Source of the DNA: Piedraia hortae CBS 480.64
Lineage: Eukaryota
NCBI GenBank assembly: GCA_010093745.1
Contig: MU006043.1
Span: 1-43,990, forward strand
Direction of reading: 5' to 3'
DNA: 43,990 nucleotides
Shown: piece after piece, positions 23,067 to 35,245 of the stretch
Layout: each line of letters begins with the position of its first letter
How positions within the stretch are numbered: position 1 is the stretch's first letter
Translations under genes and position numbers: made by a program
The notes under the pieces: generated by a model
Told to the model about the DNA's origin: nothing
What the model saw: the letters and a program-made list of their open reading frames with translations, nothing else
Database searches by the model: none

Positions 23067-25187
23067 ATGGATTTCATGCTGGCCGATCGTCTGCGACGCG
23101 GCGGTGATCCCACGCTTTACAATGCCGAGGAAAATGACATGGGCGACGAGACGCAGTCGCCAATATACCTGCAGCCGTCTATGATACCGGGGATGCAATC
23201 TTATATCAACCCGGGGGCGCAAGTGTATGTCGACCCCGAGGTGCAGACTTATGTAGACCCAGAGGTGCAGTCTTATATTCAGCCGAAGGCACAGTCTCAC
23301 ATCACGCCGGAGGTAGAGCCTTCGCCCGAGATGGGGCCCTATGCCAAGCCAGAGATGGACCTCCCACTGCGGTCGCCATTTAACAAGCAAGGGTTCGCAT
23401 TTGGTCCTCCGGGGGACAGCTCCAGCCCAGAGCCATTCGAACAGTCGACCACTATACCGCTGACAGAGTCCATGTACGCCTTCGCCGGGAATGTTGGGAG
23501 CAGCCCGATGCGGTCTGCATTCGACCCGACGCCGGCGGACTTCAACGTGCAGATGAACCTCGCAGACGAGCGAACAGCCAGTACAACCATCAATCCAGTC
23601 ATGTTTCAAGTTGGCCCCTCACGGCGCCAATCGTGCGCACCGTCTCGCGAACAAACGCCCCCTCTCCAATCCACAAATTCTCCTCAGACTCTCCACTACC
23701 CTCATGTCCAATCGCTGGAGCAGCAACGGCTTCCCTCGCGCCTCCACATCTGGACTAATACGAACAAATCCCGCGTAGAAACACAGATAAATGTGCTTTT
23801 GACCTTGGAAAATCCACCGCCTGGTATTGAGTGGCTGCATCTGCCTCTGCACACTATTGCAAAGTCTAAACTTTTGGCGAGATCTCACTATGAAAGTAGC
23901 AAGACTATCCAGCTGCAAACCAACTTGGTGTGTACATCTGCTATGCGCAATCCCGATCTGCGTGCAAAGGCACTGAAACGGGCAGCGGAGCAAAGCAACG
24001 AGTATGTCCAGTGGAGATCACACTGTTCGAAGCAACATAGCGCGCTAGCTCAGCTAGAAAACAGGGTCAAGGAGCCGATGAAGAATGTTCCTGAGGAGGA
24101 CAAACCGGCTAATGGAGGTGAGGTTCGGATCTGTGCCAACTGCCTGCAGCGAGAGAGAAAACGCGCAGGGCGGAAGAAGGCGCGGTGCGAAGAAGAGCAA
24201 CAGCACTGGGAGCAGTTTGAGTCTGAGCGAGTGGTAGTGTTCAACTCAAACGAGTATCAGACGTTCCGAAAGCCAGGTGTCTTTGAAAAGGAGAGCAGCT
24301 CGAGTCGTCCGCACTCCAGCGACAGCAACTACACTCCTCCGGATGGTGCTCTGCAGGTGTGCCTGGCTATGCGAATCGCTTGTTACTGCCGACATCAGAG
24401 CGAAAAGGAAGGGTTTCAGGTCATTCTCACCGTCAAAGACCGCATGGGGAACATTGTTGCACAGCAATTGACTCCTTCCATTCTCATCACTGACGACCAC
24501 AAGACCAACCCAACCAACGCCGTGACGGTTTCGGCGGAGATCGCACCAAACTATGGTGTGCGGATGCCCAGCCAGTCCATGCACAACTTGCAACAAGCGG
24601 TAGCGCCAGGCATTCATCCATTTTCTTCATCCCGCAGCGCCGGAGACTTGCAAGCTCTGTCATGGGCTGCTACACCACAATCGATTCCACCCCAATTCGC
24701 TAGCCAACCAGTCTCTGCAAGGGCCACCCCTCCGCCCCAAAGTCGCCCCGGCTCACCCATGGGTATCGACGGACCCAACAAGAGAAGGCGGTCATGTTCT
24801 TCCCATCGTCCGATGTTGCAAAGCCTCGACATGACACGAGCGATGCAGATGCAGGCATTCCCTTTTGCTGCGAACATCCCCACCTACTCCATGGCAGGTG
24901 ACAGCGGCAGGGCTCCTCAACGGTTTTCGAATGGCGGCATAGGCTTGGGAAGGGTAGCAGGAGGCATCGCCACAATGCCTACCACTCCGCTATACTATCA
25001 TCCACCAACGTTCGTCCCCCAACAGATCAACCACCACATGAGCAACAGTGCTGGATCTCCAATGGTCGATATCTTTCCCAGTTTGACTAATGGCGAGCAC
25101 ATGATGCCATTTGCAAACCCGCTTGGACAATGGTAAGGATGTCTTCCTCCTTTTGTGGTTTATCCGCTAACCATCCGTTCCTGCAGA
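23067..25187 (+). CDS. SPT23/MGA2-like transcription factor lacking the C-terminal IPT, ankyrin and transmembrane parts (~688 aa; start codon uncertain)
   Basis: KSRVETQI...LHLPLHTIAKSKLL...ICANCLQRERKRAGRKK...MRIACYCRHQSEKEGFQVI...ILITDDHK is the Spt23/Mga2 N-terminal DNA-binding region. A probable intron at 25133-25186 (GTAAGG..GCTAAC..CAG) splits the stop codon TG|A. Confidence 0.85.
23202..23321 (+). repeat. Five imperfect 24-bp coding tandem repeats
   Basis: YINPGAQV YVDPEVQT YVDPEVQS YIQPKAQS HITPEVEP; e.g. tatgtcgaccccgaggtgcagact / tatgtagacccagaggtgcagtct. Confidence 0.85.
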
Positions 25188-25584
25188 TCATCCGTCCACA
25201 TCCCCCTGTACTCTTGATAACATTTTTTCTATTATCCTCCGATGCTTGGGAGGAGGTTTGATGGACCCCTTTTAATTGCCCCTTTTTATTTAAAAATTAG
25301 AATATCTGAAAAGAATGTCATGTTACCGTCAATGTTGTCTGTCTGTGAAATGCCACTGAAATGACTGCTGAACATGTCCGTGAAACACATTGTTTGTACA
25401 GAGCTACGAAAGTTTCAATGCCTCGTAAGGCTGCCATCATTCCCACCCCAAGTCCTGGGGCAGGACATCGAAGAGTCTACGGGTCTGGGTCTACCTTACA
25501 CTAACTTCAGGAAGATCCTCCAGCCCTCTCTCCATCCCTCCAGCCGCAACAAAACCTCTCCCGCAAAGCATGCATACCACCACC

Positions 25585-26982
<1,398 letters not shown>

Positions 26983-27082
26983 GTTGGTCAGTATAGTTGG
27001 AGAATTTTTGCAGCACCAGTTACATGTTCCCCGCAGGTTCGCGAGCACGTCATTGTATTACTAATTTCCTACTTTGCGTTGG

Positions 27083-30000
27083 TTAAATAACTTTGGCCTT
27101 TAACCTACCGCTTTCGTAGTATGTCTCACATGTCGTTCCCTTGTCCTGTTCGGCCCGAATATGGACCCTAGGTAGATGAAGCCCACCCCCTTTCAGTGGC
27201 ACCAGCATCAACGGCAGAGTAGTCGAGCCTTGAATGTGAACCCGAGTACGTCCCCCTATAAGCCAAGTATCGGCTTCTGCTCCGATATCGACAATGTACT
27301 CCCTTGTGTTTCCCGAGCCCTCGCCGAACACGCTTCGAGAGCTCCAGTCGTTGGTGTGCGTGATTTTCAATTTTGCCTCAACCGGCTCGCCCAGTTTTAA
27401 CACATGTCCTTTGTCAATCTCAAGAGCTGCGTGGAATACTGCATCGACTGTTGGGACATCCACAGGAATCCTTAACAATCGAGCCGAGTGCTTGGCCGTT
27501 GCACTGTGCAAGTCAACTGGCAGGTTTTCGTGGTCGGTATGCCAATTTTCAAGCCAGTCTTGCAGTCCGAGTCGGACGTCCGTAGGCAAAGCATTTATCA
27601 CGTCGCCCCAGCCGAATTCGGCAAAATTAGGAAACGCCATCTCGTGCCGGAACATGACGGTTTCCATGTCGACCTGAATGACCGTCTTGCTCCGCTCAAT
27701 TACAAATGGCACTAATAAACGAGATAGGCCTTTGTACCTTGAGTCTTCCAGACGTTTGCTGAAAAGCTGCCGCATTTCTTCCACAAGAAGCTCCTGTGCG
27801 GAGAGGTAGTGGATGCTTAGAATTAGCGCAGCATCTTGTCGACGCACTGAGCTTTCAGGCACCCGTGTGATTTGATACATTAGCTTTGCGGGAAGATGCT
27901 CAATGGTCATCATGTCCTCTGCCGGTGGGGGAGCTCGTACAGTATATGCCGGTGATGAGCTGAGAGAAGTCTTCAAAATTGTCAAGGGCTGCTTGTCGGT
28001 AGATCGAATAGTGAAGTTGGAGAAGAGTCTGTCCATGTGGAAGATGTCGTTAACATCGACGTCGAGAGGCAGCCCATGTCGTAGTGTGGGCGAGCTCAAG
28101 AACCGAAAACTCCCTTTTGAGGTCTCGTAGCTGATCTGAACGCGAATGGAAATCTTGTGCACGTTCTGCTCGACTGTATAAGGCATGATTACGGCGGCCT
28201 TGTGACCAGCCTCCATACCAGCCAGGGCAAAGCCGAGAGTCTTTCCATTCGCACGCTCTATTCCGACCAGTTCAATGTCGGCAAGATGTAGTCGTAAGCC
28301 GGCACTCGTTGGCCGCAGATTCACCACAATGCCATGTACATCATTCCGACCGCTTGATAGTGTCAAGTGCATCTTTCGTACTCGGCCCACTTGCAAATCT
28401 CTTGGTAAACTTAGATTGGCGTCAAAAGCTGTCTCCGGAGGATAAACTAGTACTCGGGGTTGTTCGTGTCCCACGAAAAATTCTGACGGTGAATCGGGAA
28501 CGTCAATGTCATTGACCTTCAAAACTGGCTCGCGTCGCTGAGATTCATGCAAAAAGCGCAGTTTCTTTGCAATCAGTGTAATTGGGCCGATATCAAAAGC
28601 CCCAAGCGCCACGGTTCGTGCACGTAGCTGTACTTGATTGAGGCCCTTTCTGATAATGGTTGGGGCAGAGCAGAGATCGATCGTTTGACTGCTGTCGTCC
28701 ACGCTCACCAGCAGTGCCTTTATGGTCATTTCGACTTCGTCCACCAAAACATGCCGAAACCGCAAATTCAAAGTGAATCCATCTTCTTCGCAATGGTGGC
28801 ACTCTATCCCCAGGCAAATACTTGTAAAAAATTGCTCCGCCGGCCTCATCAAATCTTGTGGAAGATCCTCAGAGAGCGAGATGACTTCGTCAAGAAGACC
28901 AGTCACATCAACGTCACCCTTGGTGGACTCCCTAGCCATTAACTTGCCACAGACTTCAGCCAATAGATCTAGGGAACTCTTGATGTAATCCTCGATGCGA
29001 TCAAGTCTCTTCAAACAAGCTCCGTATATCGACAACAGCTCAGTGTGTACAGCACTCCAGGCGCCTGTGTTATTGCTTGGAAGAAGATGTTGAAGGTACT
29101 CTTCCGCCGCAGCTGCATCGCCTTGTTGTAAACGAAGCATCGCAAGGTCACGTAGGATTGGCTCGACATATTTGCTCTGTGTGGCTAGGGCATAGTACCG
29201 CATTGCCTGATCGCAAAGATCCATATATGTGTCCTGAAAGCTTGACTCAGACTCCAGTAGAGAGAGCAGCTCGGGAGAGATATGTTCGGACATGTCAGCC
29301 TCGACGTTCTTCTTCCCAAGGCGCAAATTCCTCAGATGGTGAAAGGCTGCCCAGCCAGCATACCACCCTTGCTGAGCAGCCACTGTTTCAATCGCCCTAC
29401 GCTGCATCATCACGACCTCGGCGCGGTATGTGGCCAGCTCGGGGAGACCGGGAAATCCCGCGCCTTTGGGTGTTGTAAAGATCTCGCCTCTCTTTGCGTC
29501 CTTGCTGCCAGCAGTCGAAGGTGGACTGGTCAAATCAACACTAGGCGGTTTTTGGAGCTCTGGTTTGCTCGTAAATAGGCTGCTGGATCGTTGGGGATAA
29601 GGATTAGCACCCATTCCGAATGTGAACGTGTCCCCTTTAGGCGTAAGCGTTCCGTTTGTTCTGGTTTCATCATCACCATCCTGTATCGTTTCCAGGATTG
29701 GAGCAGCTGTCTCCATCAAAACCTGTTCGGTGATGGAATATATCCACGAAGATACCAGCGCATCAATATCCGCTTTGCTGCGTTTCGCTGGCGAACGAGC
29801 AAGGTCTTGTCGCAGCATTCGCGCGCCATTGTGAATGAAGCTGGAGCCGCGCCAGCAGACTTCAGATGTGAGTACCAAGTCTTCACCCCCGTCCTCTCTC
29901 TCGCCACGTAGCCGCTGAGCGTTTGCCAACCGCAGAATGATCGACTTTTGGCGCAAGAAGAGGTAGCCGAAGAAGTCAAAGATGGAGATGCTGCTTCGCA

Positions 30001-31091
30001 CAATTCGTTCCCGGTAATTAGTGGCAGATAGTGCCCCTGCATTCCCATCGAGGATTCTCTGTTCGATGTCCTCTGTGTAATCAGCAAATGTGGTAGCGGT
30101 TCCGTCAGCCTTTCCCGAGGCAATGTCTCGTAGAACCATCTCCAGACCGAGGGAAAGCTCGTCATAGATGACCAGAGCATCTTCCACCAGTCCCACGCTC
30201 TCCAAGGCTTTACCCAGACCTTCTTTGTGCACAAAAAAGGTGCAAAAGTTCCAGCCTGGTAAGGACCGCCTGGACTGCTGTACGGTAATGTCTGCTTCAT
30301 ACTGGCGGACTCTGGTGTCGAATGAGCTTAGGATTAACGACTTTATCTTGTCCATGAGATCCTTCCATGCAATGTCTCGCTCTTGTTGGGACTCTTTTAA
30401 GGGACTCGCAGCAGGCGGTGTTGGAAGCAGTTCCGGCGGCATATCTTCTTTCAGCACACGTATCTGGGCCACCCGGTCTATCCCTCCTTTCCCACCTTCA
30501 TTAAAGTCTGCCCTCAGCCGATCAAACACAGTTCTACTACTTTTCCCAGGCAATTTCACCGTCTTCTGCCGCTCTTTCAGCGTGTCAGGCTCCGACTGAC
30601 TCTCTCTCCACCTTGGCTCGCTGGCTGCGACCGTGTTTGGTATTACGACATGAAGAACCAGCCACTGGCACGCATCGTGGTTTTCCACTCGCGTCTGAGT
30701 CTTGACCCATTTCCGAATGCGCGCGCGCTCATCTTCTTTGTACTGCTCCTTGTCGTCGCAGCGGAGCACATAGATCTTGAGATACGGAGATGTCTTCAGC
30801 CCCGGGATCTGGTGTCTCCTCTCCCTTGTCCCTGCCCGAGGGTCTCGAGCTGCCGGAAAGCTTTCCGAGTCACTCACAAACTCGACGTGCAGCTGCCTAA
30901 TCTGCCTTAGGGGCCTCGAGGGCGTTTGCCAGTTGAGGTTGCGTAGAGGTAGTCGGGAAGCAATATCTTTGGAAACCAGTTGAAAAACTCTTGAAGGATC
31001 ATGATATTCGACTATCTTAGCCGTTAGCCCTGTTCACCCCGTAAGAAGTGATGGTCCTGCCTGTGACTTTGGAACTGCTTGAGGCTTCCAT
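27083..31091 (-). CDS. TRS130: TRAPP II subunit Trs130/TRAPPC10, ~1319 aa; exons 31091-31061 and 31011-27083
   Basis: SSKVTVEYHDP...LPLRNLNWQ...RRHQIPGL, RSLPGWNFCTFFVHKEGL..VGLVEDAL..YDEL and C-terminal WLIGGR..LMLVPL..G.L.LP are typical of fungal Trs130. The first intron appears to be GC-AG. Confidence 0.92.
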
Positions 31092-31270
31092 GCCTTCTAA
31101 AGCGTTATGGCGCACAGCGCGCAGATGCGTTATGAATTACCACTTTTACGTTTTTGACAGACAGGATTATCCAGCGCTAAGGCTAAAATTACTCGGCACT
31201 AAAACTAAATCGGATGACAGCCGCGCTGAACTCCCGACTGCAGCAACAACATCCAGACCTTCAAGCAACT
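31092..31270. promoter_or_regulatory. 179-bp divergent intergenic region, probable bidirectional promoter of TRS130 and QCR10
   Basis: Head-to-head ATGs at 31091 (-) and 31271 (+); positional inference only. Confidence 0.6.
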
Positions 31271-31735
31271 ATGCAGCGCGCATTAATCCGACAGGTGCAC
31301 CTTTCCTTATCACCGATTGAACCTCAGCTAACACTCAGTAGACGTCCCACAGCCAAGCCGCCGTCCGGGCGCCATGGAAAGCCTCGGGAATCCGTTCCTT
31401 CCAGAGCCAGTACGGCCCTCAGTATGTCTTCACGAAGCTGCCTATTCTCGAACGATAGGCTGACGATCTGTAGGTATAAGTCCGGCCTCCATTTGTTTCA
31501 CTTCGCCAAGAACGATCTCATGTGGTAGTACGTACAACAGAAGATGATGCCAAGACGCTGACTCTAACACTGATTCAGCGGCAGAATGGGGGCAGGTATG
31601 GGAATTGCAGCGGTCACATTCGCTCTATACTTCTTCGGCCAGGTTCCCAGGGTGCGTGAAGACATTTGGCAGAAGGTCCCCTACTTTGGCCAGTTCTTCA
31701 TCCATGAAATCCCGGCAGACGAGAATCCTTTCTAG
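31271..31735 (+). CDS. QCR10: Cytochrome bc1 complex subunit 10, 104 aa; exons 31271-31294, 31342-31421, 31474-31527, 31579-31735
   Basis: Spliced product ...FQSQYGPQYK...GIAAVTFALYFFGQVPRVREDIWQKVPYFGQFFIHEIPADENPF*; three 47-52 nt GT-AG introns with branch sites. Confidence 0.93.
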
Positions 31736-32099
31736 AGCTTGAGCGGTGTATAGCGCAATGTACTCTTCAACACGATAGATACCTATACGGGCAAGTTGCT
31801 CTCAAGAGCTGTCTAATGTCTCATATGACTTGGCTGGGGTTTGAGGCAGTTGCCATCGTGCTTCAATCTTAAGCCAATACTTGACGCTACCTTCAACGCA
31901 ATATACGTCTGTCTCGTTCTCCGAGTTTTAATGCCCTTGGTTCGCTCGACTGGACAGTTATCCGCACCTGATTGCTGTGGTCCGATACAGGTTTCCAGTA
32001 TGGCCTTGACGCTGATAATAGTCCTCTGGAAAACTACAGTGACTCCTTAATGATGGATGCAGATTATTATGGATCTAATTACTGGGCAGTTGTTTACAT

Positions 32100-34080
32100 C
32101 TTCATTGGGACGGCTCGGAGCATCCGCTGGGTTGGTTTCGCCGGGTGTAAACTTAATGGTGATTGGGGCGGATAGGATAGTTTCTGTCCAACGACTCATG
32201 CGTCTATTCGCGTAATCAGCGTTCCAAATTTGTGCCCAAGCTTGATGGTCGGTGCGGATCGTCACGGTTTGGTGGCAGCTGTGGATAATGTAGGGTAGTG
32301 TTTTGATGGCACGAACAACAGCGAGCATTTCTCGCTCCGTTGTTGAGTAGTTGCGCTCTGCCGGCGGAAAAGCTTTACTAATGATTGCAATTTGTCGACC
32401 ATCCTGAAAGGCGACAGCACCGGTGCCACATGGGGAGGCGTCAGTGTAGATGTCCAGGGCCTTATCAGGGTCGAATAAGGTGAGTGTCGTGGCGACGAGG
32501 AGCGCCTGGATCAAGTTGCGGAAGGCCTGGTCATTGGTGTCGAGCCAGTTAAAGGTGACGTTTCCCGTAAGTTGGTAGAGAGGCGCAGCAATGGAGGCGA
32601 ACTGTGGAACAAAGGCGCGGAACAAATTGGCGGTCCCAAGAAACTGCTGCAATTCTTGTTTGTTGGATGGTGTGGGCCATGAGTCGAGGGCGAACGTGGA
32701 CAAGTCTGGGGCGATGGTTGCGCGCGACACAAAGTGCCCTAGATAGCACAGGGCGCGAGTTTATTTCCAATCACGACTTGCTCCGCGTGCGTGGCAATCG
32801 GGACGCCAGTAGGTCCAGACAGGTTGATCCGTGAAGGCAGTCGATCCGGGTGGGGGAAAGGGGGGGGAACAACACTGGTGCGGATACAGTTGACAGCGGC
32901 ACCCGTGTCGATCAGGGCCTGGTAGGTAGTTCCGCCGATAGCGACTGGGATCCGTTCAGCTCCAGCGTCGGCTTCGCCGGCGATTGCAATCAGGTTGATA
33001 GTCTTTCCCTCCGTGGAGGTCTTCGCGTAACAATCCTTAGCCAAATGGCCTTGGCGCCCGCAACGGTTACATTTGCTGGTAGTGGGCTTATACTTCCGTC
33101 CCCGGCGCGTTGGCTTATGCTGTGGGGGCCCAGTATTGCCTTTAGCTAGTTCTTGCAGGGACTCAATCCGTTTCGCATTCTCCTTGAGTAGGTCGTAGGT
33201 GGACGTGTCACTGTGGATCAACGTAAGCTTGAGTGAGGGATTGAGTGCCTGGTAAAACAGAGCGTGACGAGCCCGGATGGACCAATTCAATTGGTCTGCG
33301 AGAGAGTCCAATTCAGCAATAAGGTTCGGTACCGAAGACTGGTGTCGCAGGCGGGTGATCTGGAGCTCCGCTTGGGCTCGACGGACTTCCTCGCTTTCAC
33401 CGAATACTTCCAAAAGAGCTGCCTCGAAGGCGTTCCATTTTTGAGGCAGGACGGGTTGAACAGAGGCCGTCCGGACAAACCACTCCTGCGCACGTCCGCG
33501 CATTTGGTAGTTTGATCCCGGAGGTCACTGTCAAGAAGTTCCTTAAGCCGTACGTGCATGAGGAATGCGGGCAGGTCTTGGGCCCGACCAGAGAAGGTGG
33601 TCCCGCCTCCCGTGGCGACCTCGAAGCTTTGTCAATTTGGCATCCATCTGGTCCGACTTTGCTTGGGGGTCGTTATCACTGTCGTCCCAATACTCCTCGT
33701 CCGACGGCTGGGTATGCGGTGGGTCCCCGCGGCGGCCCAAAGGGCGAATGGCCTTACAAAACCTCTGCTCAAAAGACGGCATGACGTCTTCATACGCCAA
33801 TTGAGCCTGCAAGACATCGCACACCTTTCTTGACTGGTACAGGGCTCGCTCCGCTCCCCCTTGGTGGGGGTATACGAGCCGGTGGCTAATGTCGATCCTT
33901 ACCGGTGCCTCGGCATGTCGATCGCATGATCGACATTGTTGCTGATAGATTAGTTGTTTCTTGTACATAGTTCCGCCCACCGACTCGGGAGGGCAGTCGC
34001 GTTGTCTTTCTTTCATCGCTGTTTCCTGTCCACATCAGTGATATGCGGCCAGAAGCCGGCTTCCAACCTCTCGTGGGGTG
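32100..34080 (-). mobile_element. Ty3/gypsy-type retroelement relic, copy 2 (leader, gag, protease, RT core deleted, RNase H)
   Basis: Gag close to copy 1 with CNRCGRQGHLAKDC, ALIDTGA, then LQQFLGTANLFRAF and RNase H YTDASPCGTGAV...ERNYSTTEREMLAVV...TDHQ...NPADAPSRP. No integrase or LTR recognised. Confidence 0.93.
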
Positions 34081-34948
34081 GAGTATGAGGCGGGTGATTG
34101 GCGGAGCGGAGAGGGAACCCGGAAGGTGGCAGGTCACGTCCCGGCTGGGAACGAGCTGGGTCGTAAGTCCCACTAAGAAACCCAGCGCTGCGCCAACAGC
34201 AGTTCCCTAGTTTTCTGACCCAATCGCCACCGCCAACGCAACTGTGACTTCCTCAAAAGCAAAAACGAAACCAGCATCAGCTTGCTTTACGTATCTCTTT
34301 CCGCGTAGTATGTGTTGGCGATAACAACAAAGGTAGAGATTCCCTGACATCAGGCTTTTCGAGAGACACAACTTTCGGTCGGCTCCGCCTCATGGCAAGG
34401 GAATCAGCAGCTCATTGGATCATTTCGATCTCAGGTCGCTATTCCTGAGCAAATCAGACAGTACATAGCGTTGCGAGCAGAAAATCACCAAAGATGTCTG
34501 TTAGGGGTGTCGTGTGCCGGGGGCAAGGTCAACGTTCCAGAAAACAAAATCGATACGCCTACAGAAGGTGGGAAAGGGAGGAACTAAACACAAGAAGAGC
34601 ACGACCAGCGTGCAGGGGCCAAGCCTTATCGGCTCGGAGCGGTCCCGGTCCGCCGGGTTATAACAGTGCCCATCAAGATTGGGGGGCACAGCAATACCGC
34701 CAAATATCCAAATGCGTACTTCCATTGCATAGAGTTTGGTGACTAAATAGATTTGAAAACCAGTTGCAAACACTGAAGCTCGTGGAGATGAACCAGTACT
34801 TTCCTTCGGGTCGGATCGGGCCGGATCTTGGCAGAAGTCACGTCATCCACCACTTCATCTATGAACATCATGCGCGATTCCAGTTCATGTGCGTGTGATT
34901 AGACTCTTGTAGGGCTGGAGTTTGGAATATCAGCTGCTTACTTGTCGC

Positions 34949-35245
34949 CTCGCCCTCTAGCGAATGAATATATTGCTCGAAGCTGACGACCTGTGTCTGC
35001 GCCTGCTTCAACAAGGGCTTGAGCTGGGCTGGGAAGAGCTCCTCGTTGATCTTGGCCTTTTGCTTGATCGTCTTGGCCCTCTCGCCGAATTGCAGTGTTA
35101 AAATAGTCTCGGCATCGTTGTAGCTGCTGGGTGAGCAGTTGATGATAAGCGTAGTGCGCGCGTTGCCGCCCAGAGAATCCTGCAGGATGCGTGTGAGTTT
35201 ACTTTCACGATAGTGGATATGGGATCTTCGGCCGTCGGCGAGTGC
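34949..35245 (-). pseudogene. Isolated fragment of kinesin-1 heavy chain (end of motor domain plus neck), 99 codons
   Basis: [99 protein letters not shown]; no P-loop or switch motifs recognised upstream. Missed by the ORF track because it has no start codon. Confidence 0.93.

Noticed and set aside
34150..34280. Hydrophobic minus-strand piece (AFEEVTVALAVAIGSEN*GTAVGAALGFLVGL) as a transporter remnant
   Set aside because: Contains a stop and is too short to assign to a family.
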